In this document: positions 39,269 through 48,064 of the stretch, one piece after another
Layout of the letters: each line of letters opens with the position of its first letter
Position numbering within the stretch: position 1 is the first letter of the stretch
NCBI GenBank assembly: GCA_016928155.1
Contig: JAFGLG010000017.1
Location: forward strand, 4,134-68,133
Direction: 5' to 3'
Source: Candidatus Woesearchaeota archaeon
GTDB lineage: Archaea > Nanobdellota > Nanobdellia > Woesearchaeales > JAFGLG01
Length of the DNA stretch: 64,000 nucleotides
The notes under the pieces: generated by a model
What the model saw: only the letters and a program-made list of their open reading frames with translations
Told to the model about the DNA's origin: nothing
The model's database searches: none
Translations under genes and position numbers: made by a program

Positions 39269-41473
39269 ATGATAAAGAACTTCGAGCCAAGGCTCTATCA
39301 GCAGACTGTTGTATCAACTTGCGTAGATTACAATACCCTGGTCATCCTACCCACAGGCATGGGCAAGACTAACATCTTCCTGATGCTTGCTGCCCATAGA
39401 TTAAGGAACTACCCTAATTCAAAGATCCTTCTTCTCGGACCGACAAGGCCTCTGATTGACCAGTATCTTGATGTCTTCAGGACCAATTTTGATATTGCAG
39501 AGGATCAGATGGCTATCTTCACTGGTATGATAAGCCCTGAGAAGCGTCAGAAGCTCTGGCAGTCATCAAAGATAATCTTCTCGACTCCCCAGGGCCTGGA
39601 GAATGACCTGATTTCAGGGAAGATCTCTTTGGAGGATGTCTCCTTGATAGGCTTTGATGAGTCCCATCGCGCTGTCGGAGATTATTCTTATGTCTTCATT
39701 GCAAAGAATTATTACAATAAGGCGAAGTATCCGAGGATCCTCGGCCTGACTGCTTCTCCCGGCCATGATCTTGAGAAGATCTCTGAGGTCTGCAGGAATC
39801 TTTTCATCGAGGAGATTGAGATCAGGACTGAGGATGATCCCGATGTCAAGCCTTATATCCAGGATGTCGCCATCTCATGGGTGAAGGTCGAGCTCCCGGA
39901 TGATTTCAGGCTTATCCAGAAGAATCTGAAGCACTGCTTTGATTCAAAGCTCCAGACAATAAAGGATAATGGTTACATAAAGGGATTGAAAAGCACTTTG
40001 ATGGGCAAGAAGGAGCTTCTTTCCATTATGGGCTCTTTGCATAAGGACATCGCGGGCGGCAATAAGGACTTTGATCTCATGCGTGCTGTCTCTCTTCTTG
40101 CTGAGGCAATGAAAGTGCAGCATGCTCTTGAGCTTCTTGAGAGCCAGGGCATCACCCCTCTTTTCCAGTACATGGAGAAGCTGAATAATGATGCGAGGAC
40201 ATCTAATGTCAAGGCAGTGCAGAATCTTGTGAGGGATCTCAATTTCAGGACTGCTTATTATCGTGCGAGGGAGCTTTTTGAAAAAGGTGTGGAGCATCCC
40301 AAGCTTGAGAGGCTCAGGGAGATGGTCAAGAGCGAACTGTCAAAAGGCCAGGATGTGAAGATCATTGTCTTCAACCAGTTCAGGGACAGCGCCTTGAAGA
40401 TTGTCAGTGAGCTCAAGAAGATAGATGGGGTGAATCCTGTGCTTTTTGTCGGCCAGATGAAGAAGAAGGATACAGGGATGAGCCAGAAAGAGCAGCAGGA
40501 GGTTTTGGAGAAGTTCAGGGACAATGGCTTCAATGTCCTTGTCGCGACTTCTGTTGCTGAGGAAGGCCTTGACATCCCTGCTGTTGACACTGTCATTTTT
40601 TACGAGCCAGTCCCCTCTGTCATCAGGACGATCCAGAGGAAGGGCAGGACTGGAAGGCAGGAGAAGGGCAAGGTCTTTGTCCTTATGACAAAAGGCACAA
40701 GGGATGAAGGTTATAGATGGAGCGCTCATCATAAGGAGAACAAGATGTACCGCACTTTGCATGAGCTCAAGACCAGCATGAAGCTCAAGAAGCCCAGGAA
40801 AGAGGCTCCTTTGGATGGATTCTTGTCTGAAACCCCCCTGTATGTTTATGCTGACCTGCGTGAGAAGGGCTCTGGCATCATGAAAGATCTGATTGGCAAG
40901 GGTTTCTCTATCCAGCTCAAGAATCTTGAGGTCGGTGATTATGTCTTGTCTTCAAGATGCGCTGTCGAGATCAAGACTGTGCCTGATTTTGTTGACTCCA
41001 TTATTGATGGCCGTCTTCTGTCCCAGCTCAAGGAGCTTAAGAAGAATTTTGAGAGGCCTCTTGTCCTGCTTGTCGGCCAGGAGGATATCTATTCCCAGAG
41101 GAAGATACACCCTAATGCTATCAGGGGCATGTTTTCTACTATCGCTTTGTCTTATGGCATCCCCATAATGCAGGCAAAGGATTCTCAGGAAGCAGCTTCT
41201 CTGCTTGCTATCATGGCAAAGCGCGAGCAGGAGCAGACATCCAAGGATTTCAATCCTCATGGCTCTAGGAAGCCCATGTCTCAGAAGGAATTGCAGGAAT
41301 ATATTGTATCATCCTTGCCTGGCGTCGGCTCAGGTCTCGCTAAACCTTTGCTTGAGCATTTTGGAAGCGTGAAGAAGGTCATGGATGCATCAGAGGAGAG
41401 ACTGCAGAAAGTCGATAAGATCGGTCCGAATAAGGCTAAGGAGATAAGAAGTATCCTTGATGAGGATTATTGA
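39269..41473 (+). CDS. hef: Hef helicase-nuclease (SF2 DEAH helicase + XPF-type nuclease + HhH2)
   Basis: Walker A PTGMGKT. DESH box. Helicase motif VI QRKGRTGR. Nuclease motif GDYVLS...VEIKT. C-terminal HhH LPGVGSGLAKPLLEHFGS. Confidence 0.85.
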   Translation: MIKNFEPRLYQQTVVSTCVDYNTLVILPTGMGKTNIFLMLAAHRLRNYPNSKILLLGPTRPLIDQYLDVFRTNFDIAEDQMAIFTGMISPEKRQKLWQSSKIIFSTPQGLENDLISGKISLEDVSLIGFDESHRAVGDYSYVFIAKNYYNKAKYPRILGLTASPGHDLEKISEVCRNLFIEEIEIRTEDDPDVKPYIQDVAISWVKVELPDDFRLIQKNLKHCFDSKLQTIKDNGYIKGLKSTLMGKKELLSIMGSLHKDIAGGNKDFDLMRAVSLLAEAMKVQHALELLESQGITPLFQYMEKLNNDARTSNVKAVQNLVRDLNFRTAYYRARELFEKGVEHPKLERLREMVKSELSKGQDVKIIVFNQFRDSALKIVSELKKIDGVNPVLFVGQMKKKDTGMSQKEQQEVLEKFRDNGFNVLVATSVAEEGLDIPAVDTVIFYEPVPSVIRTIQRKGRTGRQEKGKVFVLMTKGTRDEGYRWSAHHKENKMYRTLHELKTSMKLKKPRKEAPLDGFLSETPLYVYADLREKGSGIMKDLIGKGFSIQLKNLEVGDYVLSSRCAVEIKTVPDFVDSIIDGRLLSQLKELKKNFERPLVLLVGQEDIYSQRKIHPNAIRGMFSTIALSYGIPIMQAKDSQEAASLLAIMAKREQEQTSKDFNPHGSRKPMSQKELQEYIVSSLPGVGSGLAKPLLEHFGSVKKVMDASEERLQKVDKIGPNKAKEIRSILDEDY
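41432..41471. repeat. 40-bp direct repeat copy A (the last 13 codons of hef)
   Basis: aaggctaaggagataagaagtatccttgatgaggattatt. Identical to 42654..42693. Confidence 0.9.
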
Positions 41474-41475
41474 GA

Positions 41476-41976
41476 TTACTCTTCCATGATTACCTTGGTC
41501 TTGTCCAGGATTTTTTTTGCTGTATTGAGCAGGTCTGCATATTCTCCGTTTTCCAGTGTTGTTTTTGTGTTGTATTGATACTTTTCCCTCAGGCTGATTG
41601 CTGTTGTTTCATGTGCATTGATGAGTGCCACTTTTTGTATATCCTCCTTATTTAGGTTTATTTTCTTGTCATCGATCAATGACTCGATCAGGGAGAATGT
41701 GCATTCCTGGTTCCTGCTTTCGAATCCCTCTTTTAAGAGTATTGACAAGAAACAATGGTATATTGTGTAGAAAAGGCTGATTGAGCACCAGTCTGTGAAT
41801 CCTCCTTTGTTTAGGTATAATGTGGCTTTCAGGTTGTGTTCTGCCTTGGTCATGTGTTCTTTGGCTCTCGTCAGGCTTGGCTCTGTCCTGACAATGCCCC
41901 TGTGTTTGTGCCCTTTCTCAAGCTCTTTCTGCGCTTTGTTGAGGCACCATCTTAGTTTATTCTTTGCGTGACTCAT
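41476..41976 (-). CDS. HEPN-like all-helical protein, partner of the adjacent nucleotidyltransferase
   Basis: Helical HEPN-like pattern (AEHNLKATLYLNKGGF..FYTIYHCFLSILLKEGFES). No clear Rx4-6H motif. Confidence 0.35.
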   Translation of the reverse strand: MSHAKNKLRWCLNKAQKELEKGHKHRGIVRTEPSLTRAKEHMTKAEHNLKATLYLNKGGFTDWCSISLFYTIYHCFLSILLKEGFESRNQECTFSLIESLIDDKKINLNKEDIQKVALINAHETTAISLREKYQYNTKTTLENGEYADLLNTAKKILDKTKVIMEE

Positions 41977-42547
41977 GGTAAACCCTGATGAATTGGTCCT
42001 CGCCAGTCACAAGGATGCCCTTGATGGCATCTAATATTGGCTTGTGTTCCTTTTTAACATTTTCCTGGATTTCTCCGGAAGTTTGGTACAAAGGATGGAT
42101 TTTTTTCGGGTTTACCTTATTTATCTCATTGACTTCTTTTTGCAGCCTCCTGAATCTCCTCTTGTCAGTTATCAGGAGCGCATCGATATCATTCGGGTCT
42201 GGTTTCCTGAGCACTGATCCGAACAGGATGATGATGTCGGCATTTCTTATTTTTCTGAGCTCTGTTATCCATCTCCTTATCCTCGGAGGTGCGTGCAGCG
42301 CCTCTCTTGACAGCATCAGGGAAACATATCTTTTGGCATATTCTGCATTGCTTATCCTGTAGATTGTCGCCTGCCCTATCTTGCTTGATTTCAGGACACC
42401 CTCTTTTTCCAGTCTTTTCAGTATCTTCAGTGCTCCCATTGGTGTTATATTGGCTTTCTTGGATATGCTGTTCGCATTGTAATGCCTCTCCGGGCTCTTG
42501 GCTATTGTCAGTACAATCTCCATCTCTGCTGCTGTTATGTCTCTCAT
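41957..42547 (-). CDS. minimal nucleotidyltransferase with N-terminal winged helix
   Basis: IIILFGSVLRKPDPNDIDALLI matches the GSx(n)DxD signature. The start is at Met37 of the track ORF, with a TATA-like tttatatatataa about 20 nt upstream on the minus strand. Confidence 0.55.
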   Translation of the reverse strand: MRDITAAEMEIVLTIAKSPERHYNANSISKKANITPMGALKILKRLEKEGVLKSSKIGQATIYRISNAEYAKRYVSLMLSREALHAPPRIRRWITELRKIRNADIIILFGSVLRKPDPNDIDALLITDKRRFRRLQKEVNEINKVNPKKIHPLYQTSGEIQENVKKEHKPILDAIKGILVTGEDQFIRVYHESRKE

Positions 42548-42653
42548 ATAAACATCAAGTTTATATATATAAACTGATAGTTTATAAAGCTTCTGTTTAG
42601 GACAGCTGGGCCATATGGGGATTCCCCAGAAAACCGTGGGTATCAGCCCTAAC

Positions 42654-42693
42654 AAGGCTAAGGAGATAAGAAGTATCCTTGATGAGGATTATT
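42654..42693. repeat. 40-bp direct repeat copy B
   Basis: Identical 40-mer. It still encodes KAKEIRSILDEDY followed by a stop. It abuts the stop codon of the large LysM protein gene. Confidence 0.9.
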
Positions 42694-45448
42694 AGGCTGT
42701 ACCGCCATTTCCTGGCGGGTATGGGTACGAATCAACATACTCAGGTGGTGGCGGGGGGGTTGGAGGCCTCAATTGAAGGAATGAATAAGGATATCCTGTG
42801 AGCACTCTATTCCTATAATATTCTTGATACCAATCCCTCATGTTTTGCATGATCTGGTTAGATTGTTCAGATGAGACACCATATACATAGAAACCTCTTG
42901 ATACAGGAGTTGTTACCCCATATTTTTCCTCTAGCTTGTCATGCACAAATTGGTTTGCATCTGCTGAGCAGAAATCGCAATCTCCGATTGAGAAATGAGT
43001 GTTTAGTCTTTGTTCTGCATTTCTTATTGATTTGTCTCCCACTAGTCCTTTATTGGTTATTGTAGGTTCATCATATGAGAACATTGGCCCCATTGCATCA
43101 TCAAGTCTTTGCTCGAAATCATCGCCGAAATCATATTGTGATTGCCACTGTGACTCCCATAATGATTGATCCCATATTAATTCAGGTGCAAAAGGGTCAG
43201 CTCGCTGCTGTCTCATTTCTGCAAAATATTCATCAATTGAATCAGAAACATCTCTCAGTCTTAGTGGCTCATCTACTATCGTGGTCTCAAATCCTAATTG
43301 AAGATTTTCTGCTAATGCATCAGACCTGAAGAGTGAAGATGGTGATCTGTCTCCAATGGCGCAGAATAGGCTGGATGACCCGCAGTCCTGGAATGGCTCA
43401 AAATCTGCGAGGAACTCCTCTGAGTGATGTGCATCAGTCACAAATGTAGGCTCTGTGTCAAGTAGGTCTAGGTTCCCGATGTCGAATGTTGTGGTATGCC
43501 TTATTTCCTCTCTTTGTCTTTCATTGATGGCTTGCATTTGCGAGGTTGAGATCGTGCTCATCTGAATCCTCCCCCCCGCACCAGCCGAGTACTGTCTAAC
43601 TTCTGTTGCTGTCCCGGGGTTTATAAATATCTGCTCTCCTGCAAAGATAAGGTCTCCTCCTCTATCGCTTCTCTCCTGGATATTAGGATTCATTCTGACA
43701 AGGTCCTGCCATGTCACTGTTTGTCCTGTTTGCATGCTTAGATCTTGTGCAATGTGTGATAATGTGTCCCCTGATTTGACATCGTAAGTCCCGACTGCCA
43801 CATCAAATGATCTTGATGGCCTGTGTGAAACAGCTGGGGCTTCAGGATCAGGTTGAGGTGGTGTGTTTGTTGCCACCTGTTGAGGAGTTTCTACTGGCCC
43901 TAGTTGTATCACGGGCCCGTATGGTTCTGTATAGGCTAAGAACTGTTCACTGGCGCTGTATCCTCCAAAACCCATTAGACCCGCCAGTGTCGGATCTACA
44001 CCTGAACCAATCAACATACTGCCCAGAGGATCATTGAAATCAAATACTTGTTGGCCTTCTGCTATCTGAATTGAATATACCCCATCTCCCATATTGCCTG
44101 TTATGGGCTGTATTGAAATTATGGGCCCATCATTTCTAGGTACAGTATTGAGATAGACTTGAGTACCATCACTTAATCCTGTTGGGGATGATCCGAAAGT
44201 CAATGTTATCGGATCAGATGAATGGCTTTGTGTGAGTATTGTTTGAGGTTGCTGGACTCCTAACTGTTGTATCCTGAGATCTGTTCCTTCTTCTGCCCTT
44301 ACAAGCCCTTGTCCATCAACCCAGGTGTATGATGCCTGTCCGGTTGCATGCACCCCCGCCAGCATTCCGTGTGTTCTAGGGAATGTGAGATCTGCTGCCC
44401 CATTCATATCCGTATATGTTTTCCCAGTGGTTGCATCTAAAATCAGGACAGGTTGCTGCGTTGTCTCCATCCTTATCTCAACACTATTCTCATCGACAAC
44501 TCTCACAGGTCCTAAGAGTCTTGTTGTATCTCCTAGGGTTATGACTTGTATTGACTCTGAATCATCTGCCAGAAGCAAATGGCTGTTGCTTGAAGTCCTG
44601 ATATCTGAGTCATCACCTATTGAATATACTTGAAGATTATAATCATTGTCATTCTCTTTTACATAAGTCGCTCTTGGTGTGATGCCCCTATCATTTGGGA
44701 GTCTTATCTCATGATCATCTATTGTGTATCTTCCTTCAGTGCCAACTGCACCACCATAATATAACTCAACTCCAAGATTACCTTGATCATCTCCTGATCT
44801 GATATAAGTCTGCTGCATTGGTCCGACGATTGTGATTGTCTCAGAACTGTCAGAGGAGCTTACTACAACTGTGTTCCCTGTTGCATCTGTGGTAAATGTT
44901 GTCTCTGTATCAGCTTGAAGGATAAGATCATTGCTCATCTTTACTTGATTATGCTGTGCATCATATCCTTCAACAGTTGATCCGGGTCCGCCCCCTTTCA
45001 CAGTGATGGGATTCTGTTGGTTTTGTGCGTTTCCACCTGTTATTGTAAATCCGCCACCATCACCACTAACAGCCTCAACTGATGATGCCTGTCCTATAGC
45101 AGATAATGGGAGAGGAGTCCCACCAGCTGTGTTTGTCAATGTTGTTCCTGATATTGATATTCCTGGACCGCTCTTTATCTGTGTGCTACCATAGGTTGCA
45201 TCTGAATTAAGGATAACTGTGTAGCTTCCTGTGTTCATATTAGAAAGGTCTACGCTTCCTCTAGTTATTGTTATTGTATTGCCTGATTTTATTGCCTGTA
45301 CCCCTTGAGAACTGATTCCGGTAAAATCTTGAAGTTGGTCATCAGAAAGTGTCTCCTCTTCATCATCTCCTGTCCCTTCTTCTGTTGGCTGAGCAGCAAC
45401 ATTTATGACAATCAAGAGCAATACTAGAAGGACAATGATTTTCTTCAT
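42692..45448 (-). CDS. large secreted protein with LysM domain and Pro-rich C-terminus
   Basis: Signal peptide MKKIIVLLVLLLIVINVAAQ. LysM motif YDVKSGDTLSHIAQDL...WQDLVRMNP. C-terminal PPTPPPPPEY. Start overlaps the upstream gene stop (ATGA). Confidence 0.55.
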   Translation of the reverse strand: MKKIIVLLVLLLIVINVAAQPTEEGTGDDEEETLSDDQLQDFTGISSQGVQAIKSGNTITITRGSVDLSNMNTGSYTVILNSDATYGSTQIKSGPGISISGTTLTNTAGGTPLPLSAIGQASSVEAVSGDGGGFTITGGNAQNQQNPITVKGGGPGSTVEGYDAQHNQVKMSNDLILQADTETTFTTDATGNTVVVSSSDSSETITIVGPMQQTYIRSGDDQGNLGVELYYGGAVGTEGRYTIDDHEIRLPNDRGITPRATYVKENDNDYNLQVYSIGDDSDIRTSSNSHLLLADDSESIQVITLGDTTRLLGPVRVVDENSVEIRMETTQQPVLILDATTGKTYTDMNGAADLTFPRTHGMLAGVHATGQASYTWVDGQGLVRAEEGTDLRIQQLGVQQPQTILTQSHSSDPITLTFGSSPTGLSDGTQVYLNTVPRNDGPIISIQPITGNMGDGVYSIQIAEGQQVFDFNDPLGSMLIGSGVDPTLAGLMGFGGYSASEQFLAYTEPYGPVIQLGPVETPQQVATNTPPQPDPEAPAVSHRPSRSFDVAVGTYDVKSGDTLSHIAQDLSMQTGQTVTWQDLVRMNPNIQERSDRGGDLIFAGEQIFINPGTATEVRQYSAGAGGRIQMSTISTSQMQAINERQREEIRHTTTFDIGNLDLLDTEPTFVTDAHHSEEFLADFEPFQDCGSSSLFCAIGDRSPSSLFRSDALAENLQLGFETTIVDEPLRLRDVSDSIDEYFAEMRQQRADPFAPELIWDQSLWESQWQSQYDFGDDFEQRLDDAMGPMFSYDEPTITNKGLVGDKSIRNAEQRLNTHFSIGDCDFCSADANQFVHDKLEEKYGVTTPVSRGFYVYGVSSEQSNQIMQNMRDWYQEYYRNRVLTGYPYSFLQLRPPTPPPPPEYVDSYPYPPGNGGTA

Positions 45449-46470
45449 GGTTTCACCGTGAATGTGATGACTTTCCAGCCTGTCATGTTCTTTTCATCTG
45501 TGGCGCTGATGTTTGTCTCGAATGAACCTATCTCACTTGGTGTGAAGCTTATTATCCCTGTGTATTTTGCAATAGGCACTTTCGGATTGCTTGATTTGAA
45601 TATCATATAATCATCTTCTGGGTCATATGCCTCGACCTTGTGATAGAATGATTCATTCACTTCAGCTTCTAGGTCAGCAACTTGCACTATTGGGGCATGA
45701 TTCTCAATGTCATATGATGCTGCAAATAGGAAGACATAGGGAACTTCATTTATGCTCACTGTCTCAGGATCTTGGATTATATAGACAACTGAATCTTCAT
45801 AGGAGATTGTATCTATCTGTAGGTTCAGGTCTGATGATACTTCAAGCAGTGTGCTTGTTGGTATTAGTCTGGGATATTTCACTATTGAGTCAGTTATTCT
45901 CTCAGAGGCTTTAAGGATAGTCATCATTCTTGATGGCCTCGAATATTGGAATTCTGTGAAAGTCTTAACTTTTTCACCTTGCTTCACTTCAAAGGGGAAT
46001 TCCACTTTGAATACGACTGTCTCATCGCTGAATTTAACATCAGTTGCATATCTCAAATTGTCGAATTGGTATCCTTGGAACCTATATGTCTTGAAGTCAT
46101 TGAGACAATACTGGAGAGCTTCATCGACATAGTCTTCTAATTCTATCTCTAAGCTGTTCTCTGTGTGCACTGATTTTGCACCTTTGTAATAGAAATATGG
46201 CACTGGTGAATATATTGTTTCCAAATGAAGTGGGGGTATATGGTGGTATCCTCCTTTGAGCCCAAGATGAAAATATCCTATCTCTGCAACATCATCGACG
46301 CATTTCTGCGTGGACATCCTTATCTGCTCGAAGTCGGTTATACTCGCCTGTTCTACTGCCATCTCCATTTCTCCCTTGTTTCTTAGGGATGACATGTAGA
46401 TTATGAGGCTTATGATCATTATGAGCACTATGCCGAGAACTATGAATACTGTGACCTGCCCTCTTTTCAT
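45445..46470 (-). CDS. pilin-like protein with class III (type IV prepilin-like) signal peptide
   Basis: MKRG|QVTVFIVLGIVLIMIISLIIY has a basic N-terminus, a G/Q cleavage-like site and a hydrophobic stretch. 341 aa. Confidence 0.4.
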   Translation of the reverse strand: MKRGQVTVFIVLGIVLIMIISLIIYMSSLRNKGEMEMAVEQASITDFEQIRMSTQKCVDDVAEIGYFHLGLKGGYHHIPPLHLETIYSPVPYFYYKGAKSVHTENSLEIELEDYVDEALQYCLNDFKTYRFQGYQFDNLRYATDVKFSDETVVFKVEFPFEVKQGEKVKTFTEFQYSRPSRMMTILKASERITDSIVKYPRLIPTSTLLEVSSDLNLQIDTISYEDSVVYIIQDPETVSINEVPYVFLFAASYDIENHAPIVQVADLEAEVNESFYHKVEAYDPEDDYMIFKSSNPKVPIAKYTGIISFTPSEIGSFETNISATDEKNMTGWKVITFTVKP

Positions 46471-46543
46471 CAGATATGCTAATCAGAAATGTATTTATAA
46501 ATTTTATGTAATATCATATATTAATAGCCATCATCCTGCCCTG
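46441..46543. repeat. promoter plus 5'-coding block duplicated at 51661..51753
   Basis: About 100 nt are near-identical, including tcatcagatatgctaatcagaaatgtatttataaattttatgtaatatcatatattaatagccatcat and the first 10 codons. Confidence 0.8.
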
Positions 46544-46794
46544 CTTGTTCCGGTTTCTTCTGCCAGATAAGTGATTGTCGGCTTGATTGCAGTTTCTTTC
46601 AGGAGTATCCTCAGATTTTTGCTGTTGTCATCATCTGATGCCCGTATTCTTGCTATTTCCAAATCATTAACAACTATTAACATATAGTTAACAGCATTAT
46701 TTAAAGGTTTTGGTTGCCTTGACATGATGCCGCAGGATGCCATGCGGCAGGCTTCAGAAGATAGATAAGATAGGGTCAATAAAAGCCAAAGAGA

Positions 46795-47907
46795 TCAGAA
46801 AGATCCCTGACTGAGGTTATTAGACATGATCTGATTCACTTGAGAGATTTTTAATAGCAGGTTGCTCATGGTTTCTTGGTACTCATATGATGCTGTTTGT
46901 TCTCCCGGCTTATTCTTTAGATGGTTAAATGCATATGAAAGGTTACTGAGCATCTCATGGCAGAACATCATCTGCTGATCCCTGTCTCCCCACTCTTTAA
47001 TATAATTTATTGGGTGCGAGAGGACCCCTATTGCATGGTTGGGATTTTGGCTAATATTCTGAAGTGCTTTGTCTGATTCTTCTTGGTAGATCTGCAGTCC
47101 TTCTTTTATGTCAATATCTCTTACTGGAGAGCTTGTTCTTGACAGGTTCTTGTTCATGGATAAGGATTTTCTGTAGTATTGTGGCGCGATTGATATGAGA
47201 TTATTGTTTTGATATGCTCTTTGGAGCAGTGTGTATGGTTTTTCCGGATTTCTGAAATGCCCTGTCTCGCATAGGTGGCTGATCTCGTCAGTTATCTGGT
47301 CCATCATCTCTTGTTCTGTGTGATTCATTGTGTATGTTGCGAACCTGTCCAGGAAATTTGCTGTACGGTCTGCGCCAAGCGAATCTACAAAGAGCTTTGT
47401 CAGCTCAGCCATGTCTATCCGGTTCTTGTGCAGGCCTTCCATTAGTATTTCACTGGATTCATATCCCCTGCCGGTTGCATAGACCTCAGTGAAGTCAAAC
47501 GCATTTTTTTGTTTTGCCAGCTCAAGGTAGTGCTGTACTGCCTCTCTCCACTCTCCTTTTTCGAACATGTCTTGCATAGAGTAGCTGAATTCTTCTTTGT
47601 CCTGTTCTGTCATCTCGCCAAATTCATTGAAGTGGTATATCATGGCATCCAGGCCATGATTTTGATTGGTTTTTTTGGGGATTGGTTGCGCTGGCTGTCT
47701 CTCTTCTGTCGGTTCTGTTTTTTCTGGAGGTTCTTCATGATGATCCAACAGAGAATAAGAGATTGCCAGTGTTATAAGGGATGCCACTGCGATAGGTATG
47801 CTTAATCTTGTCCTGCCTGCTTGTTTTTCAATCTTAAGGATGTTCTCCAGCTCAGGCTGGCCTGCATATCTTTCTTTGAGATCCTTGAAATACTCACTTT
47901 TATCCAT
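46795..47907 (-). CDS. hypothetical single-pass membrane protein
   Basis: 370 aa with one transmembrane helix (IPIAVASLITLAISYSLL) and no recognised domain. Confidence 0.3.
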   Translation of the reverse strand: MDKSEYFKDLKERYAGQPELENILKIEKQAGRTRLSIPIAVASLITLAISYSLLDHHEEPPEKTEPTEERQPAQPIPKKTNQNHGLDAMIYHFNEFGEMTEQDKEEFSYSMQDMFEKGEWREAVQHYLELAKQKNAFDFTEVYATGRGYESSEILMEGLHKNRIDMAELTKLFVDSLGADRTANFLDRFATYTMNHTEQEMMDQITDEISHLCETGHFRNPEKPYTLLQRAYQNNNLISIAPQYYRKSLSMNKNLSRTSSPVRDIDIKEGLQIYQEESDKALQNISQNPNHAIGVLSHPINYIKEWGDRDQQMMFCHEMLSNLSYAFNHLKNKPGEQTASYEYQETMSNLLLKISQVNQIMSNNLSQGSF

Positions 47908-48064
47908 GTATTATCCTGAATTGTTTCAATATAAAAATTTTATTGTTTTTATCACTATATAATGACAAAATAAACTATTTACAATATAGAAAATAATTAC
48001 TTGTGATGCATGACCAGATGGTATGGACAAGGATTTCCATGATAGGATTAAGATGTTCCGATAC

